Source of the DNA: a virus
Taxonomy: Duplodnaviria > Caudoviricetes
Virus record (IMG/VR): IMGVR_UViG_3300037422_000690
Span: 1 to 48,160 of that record
Strand: one strand, 5' to 3'
DNA length: 48,160 bases
Shown: positions 25,012 to 35,078 of the stretch, in pieces
How positions within the stretch are numbered: position 1 is the first letter of the stretch
How the letters are laid out: every line of letters starts with the position of its first letter
Program-made: the position numbers and the translations under genes
Notes under the pieces: model-generated
The model's database searches: none
What the model was told of the DNA's origin: nothing
Seen by the model: the letters and a program-made list of their open reading frames with translations, nothing else

Positions 25012-26917
25012 GATCTACGCTGCGGCCGCCGCTGCCGGCTCCCGGCCTGATCCGCTGCTGACGATCTCCGAGTGGGCGGATCAGTACCGGGTCCTCTCGA
25101 CGCGCGCATCGGCCGAACCGGGCCCTTGGCGAACCAGTCGCACGCCCTACCTGAAAGAGATCATGGATTGCCTCTCGCCGTCGTCGCAAGTCGAGCGAGT
25201 CGTGTTCATGAAAGGGGCGCAGGTGGGCGCGACCGAGTGCGGGAACAACTGGACCGGCTATGTGATTCACCAGGCGCCGGGGCCCATGATGGCCGTGCAA
25301 CCCACGGTCGAGATGGCCAAGCGGAACTCGAAGCAGCGTATCGATCCGCTGATCGAGGAGAGCACGGTGCTTCGCAAGCTGGTCCGTGATCCGCGATCGC
25401 GTGACAGCGGAAACACGGTTCTGGCGAAAGAGTTCCCAGGCGGCGTGCTCGTGATGACGGGCGCCAACAGCGCCGTGGGCCTGCGCTCGATGGCGGCGCG
25501 GTATCTGTTCCTGGATGAGGTGGACGGCTACCCCGGCGATGTAGACGGCGAGGGCGATCCGGTCAACCTAGCGCTGGCTCGAACCCGAACGTTCGCACGG
25601 CGGAAAGTCTTTCTGGCCTCGACGCCGAAGATCGCCGGGCTGAGCCGGGTCGAGAAGGCCTTCGAGGAGAGCGACCAGCGGCGCTACTGGGTCCCCTGCC
25701 TGGCCTGCGGCGAGTTCCAGGTGCTGAAGTTCGCTCAGCTCACTTGGCCGAAAAGTGAGCCCGAGAAGGCGGTGTATGTCTGCGAGCACTGCGGCGCCCG
25801 GATCGAGAACCACCAGAAGCACCAGATGCTCGCGCGGGGTGAGTGGCGGCCAAACGCAGTCGGTGATGGGCGCACGGCGGGCTTTCATCTTTCGAGCCTC
25901 TACAGCCCGGTGGGCTGGTTCAGTTGGGCCGACGCCGCCAAGATGTTCGAGCAGGCTCAGAAGGATCACGCGCTGCTGCAGGTGTTCGTGAACACCGTAC
26001 TGGGGGAGACCTGGACGCAGATGGGCGAGGCGCCCGACTGGCAGCGGCTGTACGAGCGGCGCGAGGATTACAAGATCGGCACGGTGCCGGCTGGCGGGCT
26101 GTTCCTCACGGCTGGCGTTGATGTGCAGCGGGACCGCATCGAGTGCGAGGTGGTCGCGTGGGGCCGCGGCAAGGAGTCGTGGTCGGTCGAGTATCGGGTC
26201 TTCGAGGGAGATACCTCGCGCAGCGAGGTCTGGGAGCAGATCTCGCGACTGCTCGATGAAACTTACGGGACCGGCTCCGGCGTGGAACTGCCGCTTGTCC
26301 GCCTGGCCGTGGACTCGGGCTACGCGACCCAGGAGGTCTACAACTGGGCGCGAAAGCAGGCCTCGCCCCGGGTGATGGTCATCAAGGGCATCGAGCGGGG
26401 AGCGGCGCCGGTGGGCCAAGCGACGGCAGTCGACGTCTCTGCGGCAGGCAAGCGGATGCGCCGCGGCATCCGCGTCTGGCCGGTGTGCACGGGGCTGATC
26501 AAGGAGGAGATCTACCGTTGGCTGCGCCTGGAGAAGCCGACTGAGGAAAGCGGCGAGCCGTTTCCGCCTGGGTACTCGCATTTCCCGAAGTACTCCGAGG
26601 AGTTTTTCAAGCAGTTGACCGCCGAGCAACTGGTGACGAGGATCGTTAAAGGCTACCGTCGGATGGAGTGGCAGAAGATGCGGGAACGCAACGAAGCCCT
26701 CGATTGCCGAGTCTATGCGCGAGCGGCCGCAGCGGTCTATGGCCTCGACCGGTTCACTGAACGCCATTGGAAGGCGCTCGAAGATCAGGTGGGCGCGGCG
26801 ATCAAGCGCAAGCAGGAACGGCAGGAGATTGGACAGCCGGCCCCGCATGCAGTCGTGATCGAGCAGAGGCCGGCATCCGTGCGTCGCATCATCCGCTCGA
26901 ACTTTCTGGGTCGTTGA
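24980..26917 (+). CDS. terL: Terminase large subunit, lambda gpA family
   Basis: PGPWRTSRTPYL, KGAQVGATE, LFLDEVD, STPK, zinc-binding CLAC/CEHC, AGVDVQ, RNEALDC. Confidence 0.95.
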   Translation: MSLLTAQTADEIYAAAAAAGSRPDPLLTISEWADQYRVLSTRASAEPGPWRTSRTPYLKEIMDCLSPSSQVERVVFMKGAQVGATECGNNWTGYVIHQAPGPMMAVQPTVEMAKRNSKQRIDPLIEESTVLRKLVRDPRSRDSGNTVLAKEFPGGVLVMTGANSAVGLRSMAARYLFLDEVDGYPGDVDGEGDPVNLALARTRTFARRKVFLASTPKIAGLSRVEKAFEESDQRRYWVPCLACGEFQVLKFAQLTWPKSEPEKAVYVCEHCGARIENHQKHQMLARGEWRPNAVGDGRTAGFHLSSLYSPVGWFSWADAAKMFEQAQKDHALLQVFVNTVLGETWTQMGEAPDWQRLYERREDYKIGTVPAGGLFLTAGVDVQRDRIECEVVAWGRGKESWSVEYRVFEGDTSRSEVWEQISRLLDETYGTGSGVELPLVRLAVDSGYATQEVYNWARKQASPRVMVIKGIERGAAPVGQATAVDVSAAGKRMRRGIRVWPVCTGLIKEEIYRWLRLEKPTEESGEPFPPGYSHFPKYSEEFFKQLTAEQLVTRIVKGYRRMEWQKMRERNEALDCRVYARAAAAVYGLDRFTERHWKALEDQVGAAIKRKQERQEIGQPAPHAVVIEQRPASVRRIIRSNFLGR

Positions 26918-26918
26918 A

Positions 26919-27125
26919 ATGCCCTATACCGACCAGCAGCTTCAAGCGCTACGCGATGCCCTGGCCAACGGCGCCCGGCGCGTCCGCTTCGCGGATCGTG
27001 AGATCGAGTACCGCAGCATCGACGAGCTGAAGGCTGCCATTGCGGCGGCCGAAGCGGAACTGGCCAAGGACACGAACACCCCGGTCACGCGGCAGATCCG
27101 GGTCTCGACGCAGAAAGGTTTCTGA
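26919..27125 (+). CDS. Head-tail joining protein, gpW-like
   Basis: 68 aa between terminase and portal; GARRVRFADREIEYRSIDELK. Confidence 0.88.
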   Translation: MPYTDQQLQALRDALANGARRVRFADREIEYRSIDELKAAIAAAEAELAKDTNTPVTRQIRVSTQKGF

Positions 27126-27127
27126 GG

Positions 27128-28579
27128 TTGCGCCTTTGGAAGCGATTGCAGGCTGCGTTCCCGCGGCTCTGGGCGGCGGCCGACTACGAGGCGGCCGCCA
27201 GCACCCGCCGTACTGCTGGGTGGATCGTCTCGACCAGCGACATCAACACGCTGGTCTTCCGCAGCGCCGACACCCTGCGGTCCCGCTCGCGGGACATGGT
27301 GCGGCGGAACCCGTGGGCCGCGAATGCACTCGATGCCTTCGTCGCCAACGCCATCGGAACCCGGATCAAGCCGCAGTCGCTGCACTCGAACGCGGGGCTC
27401 AAGGAGCGGATTCAGGAGCTGTGGCTGCGATGGACAGACGAGGCCGACGCCACGGGCCTGACCGACTTCTACGGTCTCCAGGCCATGGCCTGCCGCTCGG
27501 TGATGGAGGCCGGCGAGTGCTTCATCCGGTTGCGACCGAGGCTGCCAAGGGATGGATTGAGCGTCCCGCTCCAGTTGCAGTTGCTCGAGGGCGAGCACCT
27601 GCCGGCGAACGAGACGCGGAGACTCGAGAACGGCAACTACATCCGCGCGGGCATCGAGTTCGACAAGATCGGGCGCCGGGTCGCGTACCACCTGTATCGC
27701 GAGCACCCGGGCGATACCTCGAACCCGATGGCGTCGACCGAGCTGCTGCGGGTGGCCGCGGATTCGGTTCTGCACTTGTTCCGCCCGCTGCGACCCGGGC
27801 AGCTCCGCGGCCAGCCGTGGCTGACGCAGGTGCTCGTGAAGCTCTACGAACTGGACCAATACGACGACGCCGAATTGGTGCGCAAGAAGACGGCGGCGAT
27901 GTTCGCTGGGTTCGTCACCAAGAATGCTCCCGAGGATCAGATCCTCGGGGAAGGCGCCCCGGACTCAAGCGGCGCCTCGCTCGCCGGCCTCGAGCCTGGC
28001 ACGTTGCAGGTGCTGTTGCCTGGCGAGGACGTGAAGTTCTCGACTCCGGCAGACGTCGGCGCGGCCTACGAGACCTTCATGCGGGTCCAGTTGCGCTCGA
28101 TCGCCGCCGGCATGGGGATCACCTACGAGCAGTTGACGGGGGATCTCACCGGGGTCAACTACTCGTCGATCCGCGCCGGATTGCTTGAGTTTCGCCGGCG
28201 CTGCGAGCAGTTCCAGCACCAGGTGATTGTCTACCAGATGTGCCGCCCGATCTGGAGGCAGTGGATCGAGGCGGCGCTGCTTGCGGGGGCGCTACGGGCC
28301 GCGGCCGATGATGCAGGTCTCTTCGATGTGAAGTGGATCGCGCCGGGCTGGGCGTGGGTTGATCCGCTGAAGGACATCAAGGCCCAGATCATGGCCGTCC
28401 GGGCCGGCTTCAAGAGCCGCGCCGAGGTGGTTTCCGAGCAGGGCTACGACGCCGAGGCGATTGACCGCGAGATTGCCGCCGACAACGCGCGGGCCGACGC
28501 GCTGGGCCTCGAGTACGACTCCGATCCTCGAAAGGAAGACGATGAAGACGCTGGCGCATCTGGCGACGCGAATCTTTGA
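27128..28579 (+). CDS. Portal protein, lambda family
   Basis: LRSRSRDMVRRNPW, GQLRGQPW, TGDLTGVNYSSIRAGL, WAWVDPLKD. Confidence 0.95.
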   Translation: MRLWKRLQAAFPRLWAAADYEAAASTRRTAGWIVSTSDINTLVFRSADTLRSRSRDMVRRNPWAANALDAFVANAIGTRIKPQSLHSNAGLKERIQELWLRWTDEADATGLTDFYGLQAMACRSVMEAGECFIRLRPRLPRDGLSVPLQLQLLEGEHLPANETRRLENGNYIRAGIEFDKIGRRVAYHLYREHPGDTSNPMASTELLRVAADSVLHLFRPLRPGQLRGQPWLTQVLVKLYELDQYDDAELVRKKTAAMFAGFVTKNAPEDQILGEGAPDSSGASLAGLEPGTLQVLLPGEDVKFSTPADVGAAYETFMRVQLRSIAAGMGITYEQLTGDLTGVNYSSIRAGLLEFRRRCEQFQHQVIVYQMCRPIWRQWIEAALLAGALRAAADDAGLFDVKWIAPGWAWVDPLKDIKAQIMAVRAGFKSRAEVVSEQGYDAEAIDREIAADNARADALGLEYDSDPRKEDDEDAGASGDANL

Positions 28580-29753
28580 TACGCCCCTCCTGATCGCCCC
28601 GCAGAAGCTCGAGGTGATCCTCGGTGTGCTCGCACCGCGCCTCGGACTCGATCCAGCGTGCGCCGCCGGCGCTGCGGGCGCCCAGGCCGCGAGCAAAGCC
28701 TTCGAGATCACCTCGGATGGCATCGCGATCATCCCGATTGAGGGCACGCTGGTCCACAAGTCCCACGGTGTGGATGCGCTCTCGGGGTTGCGCTCCTACA
28801 CCGACATCCAGAGTGAGGTTCAGGACGCCGCCAAGGACCCGGCGGTCAAGGCCATCCTGCTCGACATCGACTCGCACGGAGGAGAGGTCGCGGGTGCCTT
28901 CGATGCGGCCGACGCCGTCTACGCCGCGCGGTCGGCGAAGCCGATCTTTGCCGTGGCCAACAACGACGCGTTGAGCGGGGCGTATCTGCTGGCCTCGGGC
29001 GCCGACCGGATCTATGTGAGCCGGACTTCCGGCGTCGGCTCGGTCGGGGTTATGGTTACGCACCTTGACATGACCGGCAACGACGAGAAGCTCGGGTTCA
29101 AGTACACCATCGTTCACGCCGGGGCCCGCAAGGCCGACCTCCATCCTCACGTGCCATTGAGTGCGGAGGCGCACCAGGTTCTCGAAGCTGCCGTGGATCG
29201 GACATACGGGATGCTGGTCGCGGCTGTCGCGCGGAACCGAGGTCTCTCCGAAGCTGCCATCCGAGGGACTGAGTCGGCGGTCTTTCTCGGCAGCGACGGC
29301 GTGAACGTCCGGCTGGCCGATCGCGTTGGCACGCCTGAAAACGCGCTGAACGACCTGCGAGCCGCGATCGGCCCTCGCAGCACCCTATTTCAACCAGGAG
29401 GCAAAACCACCATGAACGAGGAACCGGTTCGGACCGAAATCGCCGAGCCTGCGCCTGCCGTGGACATTGAAGCGATCCGGGCGGAGGCGCGGAAGCAGGG
29501 CTACGGCGAGGCGCGGGAGATCGTCGAGCTCTGCGCCCTGGCCGGCATGCCCGCCAAGGCCGCGCGGTTGCTGGCCCGCGGCATCACGCCCGCCGAGGCT
29601 CGGCAGTGCCTGATGGAGGCCCGGGTGGCCGAAGACGCCGTCGAGATTCGCTCGCACGTGATGCCGGAGACCGGCACCAGCGCGAAGCCCTCACTCGAAA
29701 ACAACCCCGTCATCAAGGCCGTCGAAAAGCTGGCGGCAAAAGGAGTGAACTAG
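28542..29753 (+). CDS. S49 head maturation protease with C-terminal scaffold (gpC/Nu3-like)
   Basis: LLDIDSHGGEV, ALSGAYLLAS, GVGSVGV; internal GGAGG-N8-ATG at 29412 (MNEEPVR) could start a nested scaffold. Confidence 0.92.
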   Translation: MKTLAHLATRIFDTPLLIAPQKLEVILGVLAPRLGLDPACAAGAAGAQAASKAFEITSDGIAIIPIEGTLVHKSHGVDALSGLRSYTDIQSEVQDAAKDPAVKAILLDIDSHGGEVAGAFDAADAVYAARSAKPIFAVANNDALSGAYLLASGADRIYVSRTSGVGSVGVMVTHLDMTGNDEKLGFKYTIVHAGARKADLHPHVPLSAEAHQVLEAAVDRTYGMLVAAVARNRGLSEAAIRGTESAVFLGSDGVNVRLADRVGTPENALNDLRAAIGPRSTLFQPGGKTTMNEEPVRTEIAEPAPAVDIEAIRAEARKQGYGEAREIVELCALAGMPAKAARLLARGITPAEARQCLMEARVAEDAVEIRSHVMPETGTSAKPSLENNPVIKAVEKLAAKGVN

Positions 29754-29754
29754 C

Positions 29755-30426
29755 ATGGCCGTCAAGACTGAAGGTTTGTACCTCGGCGACGTACTCAAGT
29801 ACGAAGCCGAGGCCCTCTATTGCCGCGAGCCGGTAACCGTGCTCGCCGGCGCCGGCGCCGACCGGGTGCTCATCACCGCGATGGTGCTCGGCCGCATCAC
29901 CAAGGGCGCTGCCACGGGCGCGGCCGTCGCGGGCAACACCGGCAACGGCACCATCACCGCCGCGCCGACCGTGGGCCAGGCTGCCAAGCCCGGCGTCTAC
30001 CGCATCACCTGCATCGAACCCGCGACCAACGGCGGCACGTTCATCGCCGAAGACCCGGACGGTGTCGTGATCGGGACCGCTGTGGTGGGCACGGCCTTCA
30101 CCACCCATCTCACTTTCACCATCGCTGACGGTGCCGTCGATTTCGTCGCCGGCGACGCCTTCACCATCACGGTGGCTGCCGGGTCAGGCAAGGTCAAGCA
30201 GATCGACTTCGCCGCCACCGACGGAGCAGACAAGGCCTACGGCATCCTGGTCGCCGACGTTACGGCGCCCAACGGAATCGACGCCAAGGGCACCGCTATC
30301 GTGAACGGCCCGGCGGTGGCGGCCACCAACGGTCTGGTCTGGCCGGCGGGCGCGACCCAGCCTCAGAAAGATGCTGCGATCGCGCAACTCAAGGCCGCAA
30401 ACATCAAGGTCCGCGAAGGAGCGTAA
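29755..30426 (+). CDS. Head decoration protein (gpD-like) with internal insertion
   Basis: LGDVLKYEA..YCREPVT, MVLGRIT, DGADKAYGIL, AAIAQLKAANI; position between protease and capsid. Confidence 0.85.
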   Translation: MAVKTEGLYLGDVLKYEAEALYCREPVTVLAGAGADRVLITAMVLGRITKGAATGAAVAGNTGNGTITAAPTVGQAAKPGVYRITCIEPATNGGTFIAEDPDGVVIGTAVVGTAFTTHLTFTIADGAVDFVAGDAFTITVAAGSGKVKQIDFAATDGADKAYGILVADVTAPNGIDAKGTAIVNGPAVAATNGLVWPAGATQPQKDAAIAQLKAANIKVREGA

Positions 30427-30432
30427 CCAACC

Positions 30433-31437
30433 ATGCTGAATCCATTCTCGTCTGACGCCTTTGACATGGTGGCCTTGACGGCCGCCATCAACAAGATCCC
30501 GAACCAGTACGGGCGCCTGGAGCAGTTGAGCCTCATGCCGCCGATGGGCGTGCGGACCCGCACCATCATCGTCGAGGAGATGAGCGGGGTGTTGAACCTT
30601 CTGCCGACCCAGCCGGTGGGGTCGCCGGGTACGGTGGGCACGATGGGCAAGCGCAAGGTGCGCTCGTTCGTGATCCCTCACATCCCGCACGACGATGCGG
30701 TGCTCCCCGAGGAGGTCCAGGGCATCCGCGCGTTCGGCTCGGAGAACGAGATGGAAGCTCTCGCGAGCCTGCTGGCCCAGAAGCTCCAGAACATGCGCAA
30801 TAAGCACGCCATCACGCTCGAGCACCTGCGCATGGGGGCGCTCAAGGGCGTGATCCTCGATGCCGACGCCTCCACCCTCTACGACCTCTACAGCGAGTTC
30901 GGGATCACGGCGAAGACGGTCAGCTTCGCCCTGACCACAGCGAGCACCGAGGTCCTGACGAAGGTCCTGGAGGTCAAGCGCCATATCGAAGACAACCTCA
31001 AGGGCGAGTTCATGACGGGAATCATGTGCCTGTGCTCGGCTGGTTTCTTCGATGCGCTGACCACCCATGCGAAGGTCAAAGAAGCCTACTCGCGCTGGCA
31101 GAACGGCCTCGCTCTGCTTTCCGACAACCGGACGGGTTTCACGTTCGGCGGGGTGACCTTCGAGGAATACCGGGGCCAGGCAACCGATGCTGCGGGCAAC
31201 GTGCGCAAGTTCATTGCCGACGACGAGGCGCACTTCTTTCCGCTGGGCACTGCCAACACCTTCCGGACCTACTTTGCGCCGGGGGACTTCAACGAGACGG
31301 CGAACACCCTTGGCCTGCCGCTCTATGCCAAGCAGGAGCCGCGGAAGTTCGGACGGGGCACCGACTTGCACTCGCAAAGCAACCCGTTGCCGGTCTGCCT
31401 GCGGCCCGAAGTGTTGGTCAAAGGGACCAAGACGTAG
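30433..31437 (+). CDS. Major capsid protein, lambda gpE family
   Basis: LTAAINKIP, ITLEHLRMGALKG, SQSNPLPVCLRPEVLV. Confidence 0.95.
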   Translation: MLNPFSSDAFDMVALTAAINKIPNQYGRLEQLSLMPPMGVRTRTIIVEEMSGVLNLLPTQPVGSPGTVGTMGKRKVRSFVIPHIPHDDAVLPEEVQGIRAFGSENEMEALASLLAQKLQNMRNKHAITLEHLRMGALKGVILDADASTLYDLYSEFGITAKTVSFALTTASTEVLTKVLEVKRHIEDNLKGEFMTGIMCLCSAGFFDALTTHAKVKEAYSRWQNGLALLSDNRTGFTFGGVTFEEYRGQATDAAGNVRKFIADDEAHFFPLGTANTFRTYFAPGDFNETANTLGLPLYAKQEPRKFGRGTDLHSQSNPLPVCLRPEVLVKGTKT

Positions 31438-31440
31438 CCG

Positions 31441-31749
31441 ATGACCTGGGACTCGGCCGCGGATGCGCTGAACGCGGCGTGCTTGGCGGCGTTTGGGCGC
31501 ACGGTCACCTACACGCCGCAAAGCGGTGTGGCGTTCACGCTCACGGGGATCCTCGAGCTGGGAGCCCGCCGCGAGGATGCGGCGCCGGGGACCTACGCAT
31601 TGCTCTTTGCGAAAGCGGCTGCTTTCTCGCAGCCGCCTCAGCGCGGCGACGAGGTGACGGTTGGTGCCGCGATCTACAAGGTCGTCGACATCGAGGCAGA
31701 CGCAGGCGGAGGCCTGCGTCTGGTACTGCACTTCAACCGCGCCATCTGA
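31441..31749 (+). CDS. Head-tail attachment protein (gpFII-like)
   Basis: 102 aa after capsid; PQRGDEVTVGAAIYKVV. Confidence 0.75.
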   Translation: MTWDSAADALNAACLAAFGRTVTYTPQSGVAFTLTGILELGARREDAAPGTYALLFAKAAAFSQPPQRGDEVTVGAAIYKVVDIEADAGGGLRLVLHFNRAI

Positions 31750-31778
31750 GATGGCACATCAACAAGGAGGGAAAACCA

Positions 31779-32351
31779 ATGGGATTCTGGGATCTTTTCA
31801 CCGGGCCGGTGGTCGGCGGACCGACACCGCAACCCGTTACTTCCACTCCGCCCGCGCCGTCCACGTTCACGCGGACGAGGCCGCCTGACAAGCGGCCGAA
31901 GTTCTTCGTTGACTGCAAGGACTCGGCTGAGGCCCGCGACTTCCTGCTGCGGCACGGCAAGCTCCTCGCGAGCGATTCTGGGACAAGTGCCGACCTGGTG
32001 GACTCGGAGCCGGCTGCAAAGAACGATCTTCCCCTCGGCAGTGTTCGCAGCTACACGATCAACTACCTGCCGATGGCGGTTGACCCGAACGGCTTCGAGG
32101 AAGTCTTCCGGGCGATGGAGTCGAAGGGCTTCGATCTCGCGAAGTTCAGCATCGCCTGCTTTGACACCCGGTACGTCGGCCACCTCTGGAAGCTCCCCGG
32201 CCAGGAAGACAAGCCGTCGCCCTGGGATTACTCCTGGCCCGACCGTCTGATCTGCATCGGGCCGAACGGGTGGCAGCACTCGGAGCTCCGCCTCGTGCTG
32301 CACTCCCCGTGGGTGTTCGCCGAGGAGCTGCGGGTCTACAAGGTCGCGTAG
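31779..32351 (+). CDS. Hypothetical protein in the neck region
   Basis: ATG 31779 with AAGGAGG; MGFWDLF then Pro/Thr-rich linker then globular domain. Confidence 0.75.
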   Translation: MGFWDLFTGPVVGGPTPQPVTSTPPAPSTFTRTRPPDKRPKFFVDCKDSAEARDFLLRHGKLLASDSGTSADLVDSEPAAKNDLPLGSVRSYTINYLPMAVDPNGFEEVFRAMESKGFDLAKFSIACFDTRYVGHLWKLPGQEDKPSPWDYSWPDRLICIGPNGWQHSELRLVLHSPWVFAEELRVYKVA

Positions 32352-32353
32352 CT

Positions 32354-32812
32354 GTGGCCAGTGTCCGCATCTGGTTCAAGCGACAACTGCGTGTCGACCA
32401 TCTGAACTTCCGCCAGTTCCAGATGTTGAAGGTGGGCACGGTCGGCCTGGCGGCGGTGAAGAACCGGCTCGCGGCGGGACTGGGTCAGAGCGACGCGCCG
32501 GCAAGGCCGCTGACCAAGCGCTACGCGATCTTCAAGAGCAAGCGGCTCCGGCGCCGGGCGGTGCGCGACCTCTCGCTCACCGGAAGCATGCTGCGAAACC
32601 TAAGCGTGCGAACGGTAAGTGAAAAGGCGGCCAAGGCCTCGCTCACCTCGCGCAAGGATCGGATCAAGGGGCTGGCGAACGAGAGGATCGAGCCGTGGCT
32701 GGTGTTCTCGCGGGCGAATAACGCCGCGGTCACTGAGGCTGCGCGCCGGATCTTTCGCGAGATCCTGCCCAGGCTCGTGGTCGAACGGTTTCTCGGAGGC
32801 AAGCAGAGATGA
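32354..32812 (+). CDS. Basic neck/tail-completion protein
   Basis: GTG 32354; PLTKRYAIFK...DLSLTGSMLRNL, typical of virion morphogenesis proteins. Confidence 0.7.
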   Translation: MASVRIWFKRQLRVDHLNFRQFQMLKVGTVGLAAVKNRLAAGLGQSDAPARPLTKRYAIFKSKRLRRRAVRDLSLTGSMLRNLSVRTVSEKAAKASLTSRKDRIKGLANERIEPWLVFSRANNAAVTEAARRIFREILPRLVVERFLGGKQR

Positions 32813-33282
32813 TCAACCCGGCGGAACTCGTGGAAGCGCTGGTTGCGAAGCTCCGCGCGATCCCGGATCTCGTCGCCGAGATGGATGGCGACGCGCAGCG
32901 CATCTACGCCTACCACGATTCGTATCCGAAGCGGGTCAGCCTGCCGGCTGCCGTTTACGAGATGCCCGTGCCGTCGATCATGGTCGCCTGGCAGGGGACG
33001 GTTCCGGGAACCTTCGGGGCCAACGAGGCATGGAAGCACAACCTGTCGCTCTACCTGCGGGCCGGCGAAAAGTTCGAAAGCGATCCGCCCTCGGCCTACT
33101 ACAAGCTGTTCAGCCTGATCGTCAACGGGGTGCCGGCAGGTTCGGCGCTGAAGCTACTTTACAGTACGGTTCACGACCGCTGTCATCCCATGGACACGCC
33201 CTCCATCCAGCGGACCACCGACGAGCAGGGAACTGACTACTTCGAAGTCACGGTGAGCTTCACCGAGATCGGAGACAACTGA
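32809..33282 (+). CDS. Putative tail terminator
   Basis: 157 aa, position before tail tube; function from synteny. Confidence 0.65.
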   Translation: MINPAELVEALVAKLRAIPDLVAEMDGDAQRIYAYHDSYPKRVSLPAAVYEMPVPSIMVAWQGTVPGTFGANEAWKHNLSLYLRAGEKFESDPPSAYYKLFSLIVNGVPAGSALKLLYSTVHDRCHPMDTPSIQRTTDEQGTDYFEVTVSFTEIGDN

Positions 33283-33434
33283 TGGATCACGTCTACCTTG
33301 TCTCGCCTGACGGCACTCAGCAGAAGCTGGTGCCTGCTGTACCGGAGGAGATCGTTCCCTTGATGGTTCAAGGCTGGCGGCAGGTGGAGGCGCCCGCACC
33401 GCCTGAGGAGTCTCCCAAAGAGGATCAGGAGTAA
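33282..33434 (+). CDS. 50-aa hypothetical protein (not in ORF track)
   Basis: MDHVYLVSPDGTQQKLVPAVPEEIVPLMVQGWRQVEAPAPPEESPKEDQE; GGAG RBS, TGATG overlap, fills the gap exactly. Confidence 0.7.
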   Translation: MDHVYLVSPDGTQQKLVPAVPEEIVPLMVQGWRQVEAPAPPEESPKEDQE

Positions 33435-33437
33435 CCC

Positions 33438-34469
33438 ATGCCCGCCAACATCCGCGAAACCAAGATCGGCTTCGGCTTCAAGAAGCAGACCGCGCTCCAG
33501 ACGGCGAACATCGCGGCCGACATCTGGAGCCTTTCGAAGGTCAACGCGGCGCTGTCGACCGTGAGCCTGAACACGGAAGACGACGCCGCTGAACTGGGCA
33601 AGGGGCACGAGTTTGCGACGCGCGTCTATCCGACCTCCTGGGACGTCCAGGGCACCATCGAAAAGTACCTGACGAGCGAGATCGCCGCGTGGGCGTTCGT
33701 CTTCGGCCTCGGTAACCGGGTCAAGAGCGGCATCACGGCGATCACCTACACTTGCACCCCGCAGGATCCGGTGACCGGCGGAATCGAGGTGCCGGCCTTC
33801 TCGTTCATCGAGACAATTCGTCAAGGCGGCAGCGCGGTGCTCGACCGCATGGCCGTAGGCTGCCTGGTTGAGGACTTCACCATCACGCTTGCCTCGGGCC
33901 CCGGCCGTGCCAGCTCGAAGATCACCATCAACTTCGCCGGCTGCGGAAAGACGACCGAGCCGAGCGGGATCACCATCCCGGCGGCCACCACCGAGCATCT
34001 GCTGCCCGCCGCGAGCGCCCAAGTCACCATCAACGGCGTCAACTACGTCTCCAGCCGCAACCTGGTGTCGCTCGAGTTCGGTTTCAAGAACAACCTGCGC
34101 CTGGATGCGGGCTTCTATCCGGGAAGTGGTACGCAAGACAACGCGGCCATCAGGGGCCGGCTCGAGTTCGGCGACCGCCAGGCCTCGCTCAAGTTCGTGG
34201 CGCGGTTCGAGAACGGCTCGACCGAACTCACCAAGCTCCGCAACCAGACCACCGGCACGGCGACCGCCAGCCTGCAAGGTGACCTGATCTCGGGCACCGA
34301 CTATCACTCGATCTCGGTGACCTTCCAGAAAGTCGCGTTCAAGACGGCCATCGTAGGCGACACGGACGGCATCGTGACGGTCGAGGTCGAATGCGCGCCG
34401 CTCTATGACTCGGTCAACGGCCTGCTGTCGGCTGTGGCGAAGTGCACCCAGGACAACATCGGATCGTAA
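33438..34469 (+). CDS. Major tail tube protein
   Basis: 343 aa, Thr/Gly-rich, beta-rich; precedes chaperones and tape measure. Confidence 0.8.
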   Translation: MPANIRETKIGFGFKKQTALQTANIAADIWSLSKVNAALSTVSLNTEDDAAELGKGHEFATRVYPTSWDVQGTIEKYLTSEIAAWAFVFGLGNRVKSGITAITYTCTPQDPVTGGIEVPAFSFIETIRQGGSAVLDRMAVGCLVEDFTITLASGPGRASSKITINFAGCGKTTEPSGITIPAATTEHLLPAASAQVTINGVNYVSSRNLVSLEFGFKNNLRLDAGFYPGSGTQDNAAIRGRLEFGDRQASLKFVARFENGSTELTKLRNQTTGTATASLQGDLISGTDYHSISVTFQKVAFKTAIVGDTDGIVTVEVECAPLYDSVNGLLSAVAKCTQDNIGS

Positions 34470-34478
34470 GGAGCATTC

Positions 34479-35078
34479 ATGTTTGACACCAAACGCGAGA
34501 TTGAAGTCAGCGTGCTCCATCCGGCGGGGAAGAAGGCCTGCCGGGTGCGCTGGCCCTCGGATGAGGAATGGATCGAGCACTCGGCCCGCCGGCGGGTCGT
34601 CGTGAGCCAGTTGAGCCGCGAGGAGTCGGTCACCGACGTGGTTGACGGGGAGCGAGCCGCGGCGGAGCTGCTGGCCAAGATCCGGATCGACAAGGACGGC
34701 CCGGATCTCGACGAGTACGAGGCCTCCTATGTCATCGAGCGGCTGTCGCGCGCACAGGTTGACGATTGTGCGAGAGCCGATGGCGGTGTTGGGGTCACCC
34801 TGAAGGTGCCAGGCGTCGTGACCAAGCATGTGCTTCGGGTGCCTTCCCTCGCAGAAGTCGTGAACTACCGCCGCGGCTTCTCGCGGTTGGTGGAGAACCG
34901 CCGCGGCAAGCAACTGCTCAAGATCAACCTCCGGGCCGCGGGCGAGTTCTACGACAAGCTCGTCCTGTCGAAGGATGGCTACGCGGGTGATGTCCCGGTC
35001 ATCCACAAGGCGGCCGTCGTGACCGAGCTGCTCGGTTATCTGGAGTCCGAGCAGGAGGGCGACGCGGGGGAAGTCTGA
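34479..35078 (+). CDS. Tail assembly chaperone (gpG-like)
   Basis: Between tube and tape measure; ends GCG GGG GAA GTC TGA. Confidence 0.75.
   Translation: MFDTKREIEVSVLHPAGKKACRVRWPSDEEWIEHSARRRVVVSQLSREESVTDVVDGERAAAELLAKIRIDKDGPDLDEYEASYVIERLSRAQVDDCARADGGVGVTLKVPGVVTKHVLRVPSLAEVVNYRRGFSRLVENRRGKQLLKINLRAAGEFYDKLVLSKDGYAGDVPVIHKAAVVTELLGYLESEQEGDAGEV
35066..35072 (+). promoter_or_regulatory. Putative programmed -1 frameshift site G GGG GAA
   Basis: The -1 frame is open from here into ORF 35108..35416, giving a G/GT-type fusion. Confidence 0.65.
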
